64,000 bases of DNA from Girardia tigrina (Eukaryota): contig MQRK01213793.1 in NCBI GenBank assembly GCA_001938485.1, positions 18,349 through 82,348 of the forward strand, read 5' to 3'. Below the pieces are notes generated by a model, which saw only the letters and a list, made by a program, of their open reading frames with translations, did no database searches and was not told where the DNA came from. Made by a program: the position numbers and the translations under genes. Shown here piece after piece: positions 26,164 through 38,310 of this stretch (the stretch's first letter is position 1; each line of letters opens with the position of its first letter).

Positions 26164-26869
26164 TATAATCGACATGTAGAATCATTGTGAAAAATACTTT
26201 TTCCTCAGATTTAATGTTAATCTCGAAAATAAATCAATTTTCAGATGAATTACGATCCAATTTGTGATCAACATATCGAATTTGTTAAGATACTTTTTCT
26301 TTTATTTGATTCTTCGCATCCAAGTAGTGTTTATTTTTCCTCTTATTTTGAGATAATTTATGTTAATTTAATTTTATACAAATTTTACATCAGTGTCTAA
26401 GGTTGATTTATGTATCATTTAAGGGATTTATATCCCCAGGGATATTTTATGTTTAGTGATTTCATTTCACTGTAAAGTATTATTTAAATGTCTCAGGATT
26501 ATCAAAATTTTCTCTTCCTTTTAACAAATTAAAGTTATTGCACTAAGTAATAAAACTTCGCATTGCAATCGTTTAAGAGTTTCTTTCACTTTCAACTTAA
26601 TAAATGAAACGTTTAAGGAATTTTTAATTTTCATTTCCAAATTTTAAATTGCAACAAGGTGTTTTCAACATCTAAGTATTAGAACTACTATCATGGTACC
26701 ATTACATGGACATACAATTTCACTAACTTTCCTTAGCAGAGAAATACTTTTTCACTAGTATACAATTTCAGGAATTTGAAACGGTCTGATAAGGCCACAC
26801 TTTCTGATTTGACATTTTAAATCAAGCCTGTCTATAGAAAAAAAACAGTATTATGAGGTTAAATTATAA

Positions 26870-26914
<45 letters not shown>

Positions 26915-27559
26915 TTAATTATAACATACACGTATTTCCTTAATTTCTTTGACTCTACATTCTTTGTGAAATTCAACAAAACTACTTATTTGTATTTTAC
27001 TATTCTATTTCTATCAAAATCATTTTTCTCTTTACTTAAATTCTCTATATATGTACTTATGATATAAAAATGAAGTCAGTTTTTGAGACGAGTTTTCGTT
27101 TGATTTTTTAATTAATCTCTTAATTGTCTTTATGTCTTTTTATTCTGGTTACAATCCCAAATATACGGTTATATTTCGTGGAGAAAATGAAATACTTTTT
27201 AAATTATATTTATGTATATCCTAGTGACATGTTACTATTAATTTATGCAGTCTCAATTAAATATTCTTCGTGTTTTGTAAAACATTATTCTTATTTGAAA
27301 CTACTTGGGCATAACATTTGAGTCTGAAAATGGCGACAATCTAGCAGAGAGTATTCAAATATTTCAATTACTGTAACATTTTCATCATTAAAATACCCAC
27401 TTAATTTCATATTTAGATAATCGACTTTTATTTTTTATTTTCATTATAAAACAAAAAAGATTTGTAAATTTTTTTTGCAACTTTTTTTTATTATTATTAG
27501 ATATATAACTTAGTTTTTTGGATTTTTTTTGCAGAACAGACACGTTTATTTATATGATA

Positions 27560-28470
27560 TAATATGTTTTATTCTAATCAAAATATTTTTCATCGTTAAT
27601 TATGTCTTTCGACCATCTTTCAGGCAAATTATGAATTCCATCGAAAAAAAGTTTTGGTCTTTTGATGCGATCCATTGTTCCAGTCATTTGTTATATGTTC
27701 CTGGTTTCTTAAGTGCTGGTCCCGAAGAGCGCTTTGCATTGATCGGAACAGATGATAATCTGATGGGGGACAATCTGGTGAATAGGCAGCATGCGGTAGA
27801 ATTTCCCATTTAAGTGCTTCCAACGTGTTNNNNNNNNNNNNNNNNNNNNNNNNNNNNNNNNNNNNNNNNNNNNNNNNNNNNNNNNNNNNNNNNNNNNNNN
27901 NNNNNNNNNNNNNNNNNNNNNNNNNNNNNNNNNNNNNNNNNNNNNNNNNNNNNNNNNNNNNNNNNNNNNNNNNNNNNNNNNNNNNNNNNNNNNNNNNNNN
28001 NNNNNNNNNNNNNNNNNNNNNNNNNNNNNNNNNNNNNNNNNNNNNNNNNNNNNNNNNNNNNNNNNNNNNNNNNNNNNNNNNNNNNNNNNNNNNNNNNNNN
28101 NNNNNNNNNNNNNNNNNNNNNNNNNNNNNNNNNNNNNNNNNNNNNNNNNNNNNNNNGAATCATTTTCATAGCATGTAGACGTTTACTTATGGCTGCTTGA
28201 GTAACATTTAACTGTTTTGCAAGTTCTTTCTCTGTTTGAGTAGAATCTTCCTTCAGTAATGATTCCAAATCTTCAACTTCGAATCTTTTTGGTTGACCGG
28301 AACGCTCTTTGTTACTTACGTCGAAATCTTTAAAACGTTTATACCAGTTCTCGCAAGTCTGTTGAGTTGGTGCATGTTGACCATAAGTTTCTTCAAGAAG
28401 CCGAAAACTGTCTGCAGCTTTTTTCTTTTGATTAAAGCAAAACAGTAGTACTTCTCGCAAATCTTTTACT
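27560..28470 (-). mobile_element. mariner transposase remnant spanning an assembly gap
   Basis: LREVLLFCF...WYKRFK..ERSGQP N-terminus and LPHAAYSPDCPPSDYHLFRSM C-terminus. Confidence 0.9.
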
Positions 28471-30909
28471 ATTTTCTTTTTTACAATTCTCTTTAATTTA
28501 ATTCGTTTATTAAAGATATTTCGGGTTAAATACAATTTGGTTCATTTTATGTTTTTGATATGTTTAGTAGTACACTTGTAGATTATTTGAATCTCTATAT
28601 AAGTAGTTTTTGATATATGGGTTTTTATAACGATATATACAAATTTACAGATGAATATTTAGCGATAACCGTTCTTTCCTGTAGTATTTTAAATTTTCAA
28701 AGATGAAAAAGGAAGCTTCAAAGAAAAATTAAAGACGCAAAAAATGAATCTTTATATCTGTGTTTAATAATTAATAAATTAATAAAAATCTATTTCTCCG
28801 AAATGGAGTAAAGCTCTCTAAGATCTCCTAAATTAACATCTGTACAGACTGTCTTTTGGTATACATGGAGTACAAATGAAAAGATTACACTCTTCTTTTA
28901 TGAACATAGTTAATCCTTTTATAATTACATTTTCAAATTCTGAAAAATAATTGAATTAAATTTTATAAGATTTTAAAAAGACTTATCAAAAATTCACTCG
29001 TTAAATAATTTCTTATATTTTTGTCTTTTAATATTGTATTATCAATTTATATAATACAATTTCATATGAATCAGACTAAGCAAGAACCAAAAATAACAAG
29101 TCCTTTTGGACATCCATTTAAAAGTTATATCTTTCAATATCAACGAAAGTGACACCAATAACTGTCAAAAATTAGTTTTATTTAAAAATTATATAAAGTT
29201 TATAAAATATAAAATGTATAAATTAATTTTAAAGCTTTCTATCCTTTAAAATTATCATGTGTCCTGTTAGTAATTATATTTTAAAAGAAATGATCTTCTT
29301 TCCTGTTGTATACTTTAAACATATTTTTTCTGGGAAATTTTATCTTTATTTTAATCAATTTTTCTGTTGTCTTACAGTCAATTTGAGATAAATCTGTATT
29401 TGCCATTTCAATTACTTTCATTTTTGCTTTATTAATATTTCAACTTTTTACAATATTTTGTTATTATTTATTGTTTATATCGATTATGCAACGTTTAATA
29501 TGACAATTTATGTGGACTTTTCATCATGCACGAACAATTGTCTGTGAAAAATGGTACGCATGTGACAGAAAATGCTGTCAGACCTAAGACAACTGTTAAT
29601 TCAACTCTAAATAATTAGCTAATTTGAACATGTAAGACACGTTTTTCGTAGCTGCAACTTCAGAATCTTGATGAGGTTGAAAACGGGTACCGGGGTTTTC
29701 CCTCTAAGAATAAGAATATATCACAGTAGGATTAAAACCAACTTGCTGAAAGATAGATAAAAGCCATTGATTCAAATGGTCATTACCTTGAATCTTGATT
29801 GTTTTTAGTTGTAAAATTATGTTTAAATTTTAATAATAAATCGGAAAGAACTTAAGCTGCAATTACAAATTTACTCAAGGTTTTCATCTTTACTCTTGTA
29901 ATTGTCATTTTGAACCAGGGGTTGTGAATTAAAATGCTTTAGTGATGGTTATTAATTTTCTACCTGAATTTCTTTTGAATTTTTGCACCAATAGCACGAC
30001 TTTCTGAAAAAAAGAACGGAGAATGTAACAAATTATTTGCACTATTCCACAAAATTTTGCTACTTTTTAAAATATGTTTAGGATTCACGGATAAATGAAA
30101 GTATGAAAAAATATATGAGGAATCTTTTTAATGTTGTATATCGTGGCAGGGACTGCACGTACAGTTTACCGATAAACAAATTGTAATAAGAAACATGAGC
30201 CGAAAACGTATTTTGTATCAAAAATGATTATTCAAACACGATTAATTTTTTTTACAAAATTTATTGAAAATTAATTATTCAATTTTTGTGCTCGATTAAT
30301 TTCAATTTAAAGATTTTGACGATGACCAAAAAATAAAATAAGATTAACTGTAAAAAAGATTAAAATTTAAAAATGAGTAAATTTACAAAAATTAACGTTT
30401 ATATTAAATTTATATTTCGTTTACACAATTTTAATTTGAAAATTGTGTTCACTACATTGTATTTTTGTGCTTGAATGTTGTGTATATCTTTTCAAACTGC
30501 AAATTAATATATTTTTATTATTATGACCCTAAAACCATTTGATGTAAATTTAAAAATTTTTGATAATTAAATTTTAATAAATTTGATAAAAGCCTTTTTG
30601 ATACGTAGAAAAATATTTTAAATAATTAAGTTTTGTTATTTTTAAAAAAAATTACATTATTTTTTAATAAAAAATAATCAGTCATCTTAGAAAACAATAT
30701 ACAACATTCAAACTCTAAACAAATAACATTGAAAAATATTCCTCCCACTTATTTTTTATTACTCTTTCAATCTTTTTAAGTCTACTTTATTCTAGTATCT
30801 TTTTATCATGGTTCATTTTTTCCTAGTCTCTTAATTCTGGGATCTTTTTGTTTAGTCTCATTCTTCCTGTTACCGTTTTTATTAGCTCATATTTTCCCAA
30901 TATTATACA

Positions 30910-31347
30910 TATGAGGGATAATTTGGAATGTTGTAAGTTTGTTGTTTGTATGCTGTTTAGATTTGTGACTCTCCTACTCAGATGGAATTGATATGTTTAT
31001 TGATTGATTATTTGAATCTAATGATATTAATTTTAAGTACTAATTAATTAAAGTTTTATAATTATGAATTTTAATAATATTTTTAGTAAACGTTTTAACT
31101 TATTAAATTTAATATATTTTAAAAATTAATGTTCATTTAAAAAATTATGCAATGCCTTTTTATCCAATAAAATTTAAGAAATTAAAAATTAATATTAAAA
31201 ATTTCCCATTCATTGTTTTTTAGATTTGAATAGATAAACAAAAAATATATCAATCAAAGAAAGATGACGTCTGAGAATTGTTGTGAAGAATCTGTTTGTG
31301 TTGTCAGTAAATGTTTGCATTCAAATTGTGATGTTGTTAATGATACA
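30910..31347 (+). mobile_element. Solo LTR copy A (inverted partner of 34843-35264)
   Basis: Contains TCTCCTACTCAGATGG motif, ends ...GATACA; near-identical reverse complement at 34843-35264. Confidence 0.75.
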
Positions 31348-32015
31348 AATATTATTGTCCGTCTTGAGCATGATCTGAGTAATAGATGGCTTTTTGAAAA
31401 ACAGACCAACCTTTAAAAATTTGCTTCATTAAACAATAGTTAAGGTTTTACAGCATAAGGAAAGGTCAATGAATTACATGATTGACCATATTATGAATGC
31501 TCATTAGTCTGAATTTTGAGATGATAATTTTTCTCTGAAATGTATGATTTTTGACTAAATTAGCTTTCATTGTACAGACGATATTTGATTTCATCTTTAA
31601 GGAAGTCACTTTGGAAGCAACTTACCGTATTTAACATTGTCAGTATTCTAACAAATTCTTTTTTAAAATGTTCTATGACCTTTAATTATAGATTTACCCT
31701 TCCAAAATCTCATAATTTTTTTAACATTTTATCATATAAATGAAATTCCATTGTATTGAAAATTATAATTGACTAAATTAACAATTATTTTACGTGTTAT
31801 TCTATTGTTTGACTTTATTTGACTGATTTGCATCTATAAAAGATTTGGCTGAATGATTTTTGTATTTCATGCTCTAATATTGAATAAGACTTGTCTATAT
31901 TTGTAATGTAAATTTAAGTTATAAAACACTTACCCAAATAATAATAGTTGATGTTTTCATCATTAAAATATTTTCAATAATATGATAAAAATTTTAATTA
32001 TTTTTTATTAAACAG

Positions 32016-32371
32016 ATAAAAATGATCAATCATTTATAAAAAATCGCAAAAATCCAAGTATTGATCCGTCGTCACTGTTAATAAATTCTTCAAAATCAAC
32101 GAAAGACAATGTTCAGTCTACGACTAACGTTTCAACCTTGGACCAGATTCATGTTTCAATGATTAATAACTTCGAATCATCTTTGACAGATACAATTTGT
32201 CCGGTATGTGCTAATGAAATTCCAGGGCTGGTTCTCCAAAGCTATACGAGCTGTTCCCACTTATCCTGTATCGATTGTTGGCAATGTTATGTTATCAACA
32301 GGATTGAGAACTATGAGATCGGATACGGATTTTCCTGTCTCACTTGTAGCACCGAAATACCTTATCATAAG
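32016..32371 (+). CDS. RNF19: RNF19-like exon 2, RING1 (CPVC...CSHLSCIDC...CLTC)
   Basis: Acceptor ttattaaacag|, open frame KNDQSF...STEIPYHK with C3HC4 RING spacing, donor AAG|GTGATC (phase 0). Confidence 0.85.
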
Positions 32372-32759
32372 GTGATCATTTTTACTGAAATTAATTTTAT
32401 ATTATGTACATATTTATTTCATAACGCCATGCGGAAATTTAAGTTAATAAATTTAACAAAATAAATTTAATTAAAATTTAAAATGTCCGTCATTACTTTT
32501 CTCTCGTAATTTATATATTTTGTAGTATTTTATGGAATCTATTTTGTTTGAGCGATTATTGGGCTATAATATGGATATCATTATCTATCTTTCAATTTTA
32601 AATGAAATTACAATAGTTGTCGACACTGCCTCCTCTACTTATAAAATTAGCACTAATGAAGTACTTTTGTAATTCCATGAACAAGCAACCAGCACGTTTC
32701 AAGTACATAAAAGAAGTTTATCTGATTATCAGTGATCAGCAGTTAAAATGTGTTTTGTA

Positions 32760-32978
32760 GGTTTACAAATAAGGTAGTTTGTTAAAGACTTGTACATTAA
32801 AATACTATTAGATGGACCGGAATCCAAATAGAGTTATGAAGACATCATTGACAACTTTCTATGAAATAATTAGTCATCATATTATGTAGAACTTGTGGAA
32901 GAAATGTTATAAACTTTTCATACTTCTAAAGTCAATATGTTTCTGAAGATTCATTTTATTTATTCTCACCTGGATATC
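32760..32978 (+). mobile_element. Chapaev3-like (CMC) transposase remnant
   Basis: Translates to YVELVEEML...NMFLKIHFIYSHLD, matching the MSLKIHFLHSHLD motif. Confidence 0.6.
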
Positions 32979-33019
32979 GTTTATGTGATGATATTGTACT
33001 TATGGATAAACCGTATAAA

Positions 33020-33870
33020 GGTTGACTGATTATTGTTAGACATAAACGAGAAATTCTCCACAGGTTATTTACAGACGCAAATCTTTTTTCACAACGATTT
33101 TGGAAAATATTCTGTATTTGATTTCTCATGGGTCAACACAATGTCCAGTTCATTATCTTTTCTGGTAACATTTCACCATTTGGCAAAAAACAGACATTCT
33201 GTAGCAAATCTAATATCATATTCATTTTCAAAAGTATTCATTTATATGAAAAACATCTATTTCACAGTACGCCCCTCCGGAATCAGCTCGAAGTGAATCA
33301 CCCCCTCGAAATTCCACCATACACAGAGCATAACTTTGCCATCAAAGCGTCCTTGATTAACCACGGATTGAGCGGGCGTGCCAGGGTAGAAGCACTGATT
33401 TTCCTTGTTTGGATTACGGAAATATATCCACTTTTCATCCCCCGTCACGATCCTTCTGAAGAAGTGCATGTCATGGGGGTGAGCAAGCAATTCTTTGCCG
33501 AGATCAAGTCGTTGTTGTGCTTGAGTGACTGTCAGTTCGTGAGGAATTTGTCGACACCGTCTATTGACAAGGCCAACCTGATGAAGATGACGTTGTTAAG
33601 GACCAAGCTCTGCTTATAATCTCCGCGTGCTGGTGCAGGGCTCCTCCCCCACAGATTGATGTAGGTGTCATCATCAATAACAGATGGTCGCCCAGAGCGA
33701 GGTTGGTTTTCCAAATTGATGTCACCACATGAGAAACACTTTAGCCACAATTGTGAAATACGAACACTTCACATATTTCTCGGGCTGCAGCAGTTGAGTT
33801 GAAGCCTTTTTTCAATTAATGTCGCAGAATGACTCGAATTCCGTGTTTTTTGCTCTCCATAATCTGATAA
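33020..33870 (-). mobile_element. mariner remnant (internally deleted)
   Basis: LENQPRSGRPS, IVTGDEKWIYF, KVMLCVWW motifs. Confidence 0.85.
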
Positions 33871-34842
33871 GAATAAACAAACAAACGTTTAATGAATAAA
33901 CCAACACTATACAAGGAGATTTGTCATGCAATACCATAATAAATAATATAAAAATCAATAATACCAAAATAGAATATTCATATAAAATAGATATCACAAT
34001 GTAAGGCATAGAAAAACTAAAAAACTTTTGAATCGCCCTAGCAACTGTGTATACTTAGTAAACTACAATTCTTAGTATTGACGCAAAGTGTAGTGAATCA
34101 TAGTCTCTATATCGAACGGAAACCTGAAAGCCCAAACCACGTTTAATATCACTCCTTGATCGCTTTCGTCAGTAGTACCGATAGGCACTGATACATCAAT
34201 ATTTACAATTAGATTCAAAGTATCTGTACATCTTTTGTTTGAGATGTTTCGTGCATTTACGGTACTATTAATACCATTAACATTTATCCGATGATTAACT
34301 AACATTTGCCTCTGCAACCATCCTTTGGTTGTATAACTTGTAGATCTTTGTGGGGCATATATAAGAACCACCACCCCTCCACTTCGCTAGAAGAAATATG
34401 CCATTGAGGAGATTACAGAAACATTCAACGGTTTTATTTACTTAAAGTTTTCCACGCAATATTTTCCAACAAAATCCTATTTAAATAAAATTTAATAATA
34501 AATGTGTAATGAACAGTTCTTGAAAAACAATTTCTTTCAGTAAATTGATCATAAAAGATTAGATTTTAAACACTATCTGTATTATCTATCTTTGAAATAG
34601 TAATACACTTACAAATAGTGTATTAATAATTATTTTCAGTTCACATTAAACATTGTTAAAAGTAGGTATAAAAGCATTTGTCAGACTAGCACTGATTGCT
34701 CTGTAATATTTTTGTATATACTTAAAATTTAACTAATAACATTAGAAAGTATGCGTTTTTACTTCAAGAAACCATACTTTATTTACCATTCTTGTTATGT
34801 ATGTGTTGTGAACCATATTTTTGGTTATATTATAAAACTTGT

Positions 34843-35264
34843 TGTTTTTATTAACAACATCACAATTTGAATGCAAACATTTATTGACAACACAAACAGT
34901 TTCTTCACAACAATTTTCTTTGATTGATATAGTTTTTGATTAAATATTCAAATCTAAAAAAACAATGAATGGGAAAGTTTTTAATATTAATTTTTAATTT
35001 CTTAAATTTTAGTGGATAAAAAGGCAAATTTATTAAATGAACATTAATTTTTAAAATATATTAAATTTAATAAGTTAAAATCGTTTACTAAAAATATTAT
35101 TAAAATTCATAATTATAAAACTTTAATTAATTAGTACTTAAAATTAATATCATTAGATTCAAATAATCAATCAATAAACATATCAATCTCATCTGAGTAG
35201 GAGAGTCACAAATCTAAACAGCATACAAACAATAAACTTACAACATTCCGAATTATCCGTCACA
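34843..35264 (-). mobile_element. Solo LTR copy B
   Basis: TGT...TCACA termini; reverse complement of 30910-31347 with few substitutions and indels. Confidence 0.75.
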
Positions 35265-35559
35265 GTTTTAAAGTTGATTTTGTTTTCAGCTAAAACTAGT
35301 AGGAAACAGATTTTACACTAAGAGTTGATTAATTAATGGAGTAATGTCTTGAAGACTAACTGATTATTTTTAATTTAATTTTTAATTAACTCTATCCTGG
35401 GCCATTTAACACATATGGTAGATGTTACAATATTAATATGCATACCGGAATTCATCCATTTCTAGATGTACTTTTAAGTGATAATATATTTCGATGGATC
35501 AACTATCATTATCAAGTCATTGACAATTTATGCGATGCAAAATGAAGATTATGCAATCA

Positions 35560-36065
35560 GTTGCATAAAATCATGCTAATAAAAAATTATGAATATCTTA
35601 TTTTATTTTAGGACACGGGGCAAAATTAACAATACTTCATTACTAATAATGGATTAAAATTAAGAAGTATATCACGATCTCATAAAACTCAAAATGTGTC
35701 CAGTAATAAATCTGTTGGGACCATTAACATTGTGTTATGATAATGTTTATGAATATAAATGTAAGGGATGTGATGTCACATACATTCGTGAGACTGCCCT
35801 CTGTCATCTCTGTAAAAGAAGTCAAGAACATGGTCAAAAGAGGATAAGAGTAATAATAATAATAATAAAGGAAGAAGTGTAAATTTATTTAAAAATTTTA
35901 ATTTATTTAAATTCATATTTTCAAAATTCTATGTTAGCATATTAGTTGTTAATTGGAGTGAGTATTGTATGAAGTCAATTGGTTACATTGTCCTAAAATC
36001 AATATTCAAACAGCAGTTTTTCAACAACTTTTTTGAGAATTGTTGATTAGCATGATTTCATGCAA
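35560..36065 (+). mobile_element. Penelope-like element remnant (GIY-YIG endonuclease) flanked by ~28-bp inverted repeats
   Basis: VYEYKCKGCDVTYIRET...KRSQEH resembles the PLE GIY-YIG domain; inverted TTGCAT.AAATCATGCTAAT at ~35561 and ~36045-36064. Confidence 0.6.
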
Positions 36066-36620
36066 ATAAAATTGGTGTCATGACAAAACATCCAAAAGAC
36101 AAAACACCCATCCAATATTTTGTTCACAGCTGTATAGAAATAGTCAGTCCTCACTAAATTATCTTTTTTTTTCTAAATGCAACTAACTAACTTCAAACTT
36201 TAGTGGACCTACTGAATTTTTAAGATGAGATTTTTCATAAAACAAATTTCTGAAACATTTCTTTTGTCATTTTTTTTTCTTTTTCATCCCAGTCACAAGA
36301 CTATGTCCACAGTTGTAAAATAAAATAGCCATTTGATAGTTCTCAATCGAAATGTCCTAAAACGCACTCAGTCTACTGGACGTGTCGCACTGTATGAATT
36401 TTAAAATTCCCTTAATTTTATTCATTATTTTTTTATATTTTTAGAATTTTGAATTCTATAGTCACGAAAATATTTAGCTAAAAATTATTTAAAAAATTAA
36501 CAAATTAAAACCTGTCTGTTCGATTATTGCAGACTGTTAAAATTCAATTAGTGTTTGACAAATATTGATATTCATTTACAACTAACGCAATAAATGAAAT
36601 TATCAGTGAAATTTTGTCAG

Positions 36621-36754
36621 ATTCTCGAGATCATTAAACAAACAACCGACGAAGAATATTCTGCCAAGCTCATTCTCAGATTAGAAAATTTTTATTTGGA
36701 AAGAGCACTTCTTCAAGATGGAAATTTCAGGCGTTGTCCAAATCGAGGCTGCGA
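36621..36754 (+). CDS. RNF19: RNF19-like exon 3, RING1-IBR linker and start of IBR (ILEIIKQ...ERALLQDGNFRRCPNRGC)
   Basis: Acceptor ttttgtcag|, phase 0 start, donor GA|GTAATA (phase 2). Resembles the RBR linker helix followed by RxCP..xC. Confidence 0.85.
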
Positions 36755-37089
36755 GTAATAGTTTATTGTTTAATACTCCACTATGTAAACTAATATAGTT
36801 ATAATAATAAAAATCAAAGGTTCCCATGAGTTTCATTGATAAAGTATAGGTTTATAAAAGAAATGTCAATTTAATATTTATTAAGACCACTAATTTGATT
36901 TTTATTATATTTATTTGTATCACAACTTGAATCACCCCTAGGAGAATTCTCCATAAAACTTTCGTAGCTATTCATCATTCTTAATTGATAAATTTAATTC
37001 TATTTTTAAACGTCTTATTATCTAAACAAATTTAAATTACAATTTATTTATAATTCGATTTCAAAATAATTTATAATATAAATTACAAA

Positions 37090-37290
37090 GATAATTTTCA
37101 TTATTTAAAAAATATTTTAGATATATTATTTATGAAATATTAATTAAATTTTAAAGATGATTATTTAAATTTTAAAATTGAATAAATACTTCGACGTTTC
37201 AAAATATTTAAAATATCAATCTTCCATCTGAGTGGGAGAACACAATCCTAAAACAACATGCAATAAACACTATTCAAAATATTCCTCACA
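37090..37290 (-). mobile_element. Solo LTR closely related to the Gypsy 5' LTR at 21303-21506
   Basis: Colinear similarity including AAAATATCAATCTTCCATCTG.GTGGGAGAA...ATATTCCTCACA. Confidence 0.8.
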
Positions 37291-37975
37291 ATATTAATGT
37301 TAATAATTATGAAATCTATTTTTGTCCATTTGAGTCGGTTTAAAATTCGTATTTTGTAAGTATTGAAGCAATTATCATTGTATAACAAATAATAATGATG
37401 TCTGAAAATTTCCAAATTGATCTATTCAATTTTCTACAAATATATTTCAAATTTATTTTCTGAACGACAGTCTTTAGTATTATACAGCCGATCTGTGCCA
37501 GCACGAAGTGCCGATCAATACATTGGTGCAGTGCTGGTTTTAATATTAATGTTTGAATTTAAATTTTCCAAATTTTTGAATCATGCGATAATTAATATTT
37601 GGATTTTCACATATATACAAATAATAAACAACAAAAATAATTATGTTTAATGTATTTGGTAAATAAATGTGCATTTGTTTACTGGTAATCGTAATAAATT
37701 ATATAATACACAAGTTTTAATGTTATACAAAAATTCTTGAAGATTAAGGTTATTTAATGTCGAAGAAAGTCATACATTCCTTTGCAGTCATTTTCATATT
37801 CGACCCGTAAAAATTAATGTTATGAAGCTTTAAGAAATTATTTTTCAAGTATTTAAAATTTTCATTATAGTCAATGACTTTTTGTGTTACCTGGAAACTT
37901 CGTTACCCTTTCTCTGCTTTTTCAGTTATGAAAGCCACAAACTGGAAAATTTAATCATAACGGAATTAAGTAAAA

Positions 37976-38024
<49 letters not shown>

Positions 38025-38139
38025 GCTATTGTTTTTTCTTTCAGATACGATGTCTTTACGTTTTATAAAGTATAGATAGTTGTTACCATTGTCATCCCTA
38101 AAATATTTATATATTACAAATTTCGAGATCATATCACAT

Positions 38140-38310
38140 TTTGCATTGATGGCCAACTGCAGAGTATGCATAGTACAAGAGATACTGGCCCATGTAGGAC
38201 AGTCCATCTATTCTACTAATAGCTTATTCATTGGGTTCATATTAGCTGCATTGTCATGTACAATGACACTTATCAAGTTCTTATTTACTCCATAATCCAT
38301 AACAACAGTC
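38140..38310 (-). mobile_element. hAT (Ac-like) transposase remnant
   Basis: DNAANM catalytic motif followed by CTMHTLQLAIN (CxxH). Confidence 0.65.
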
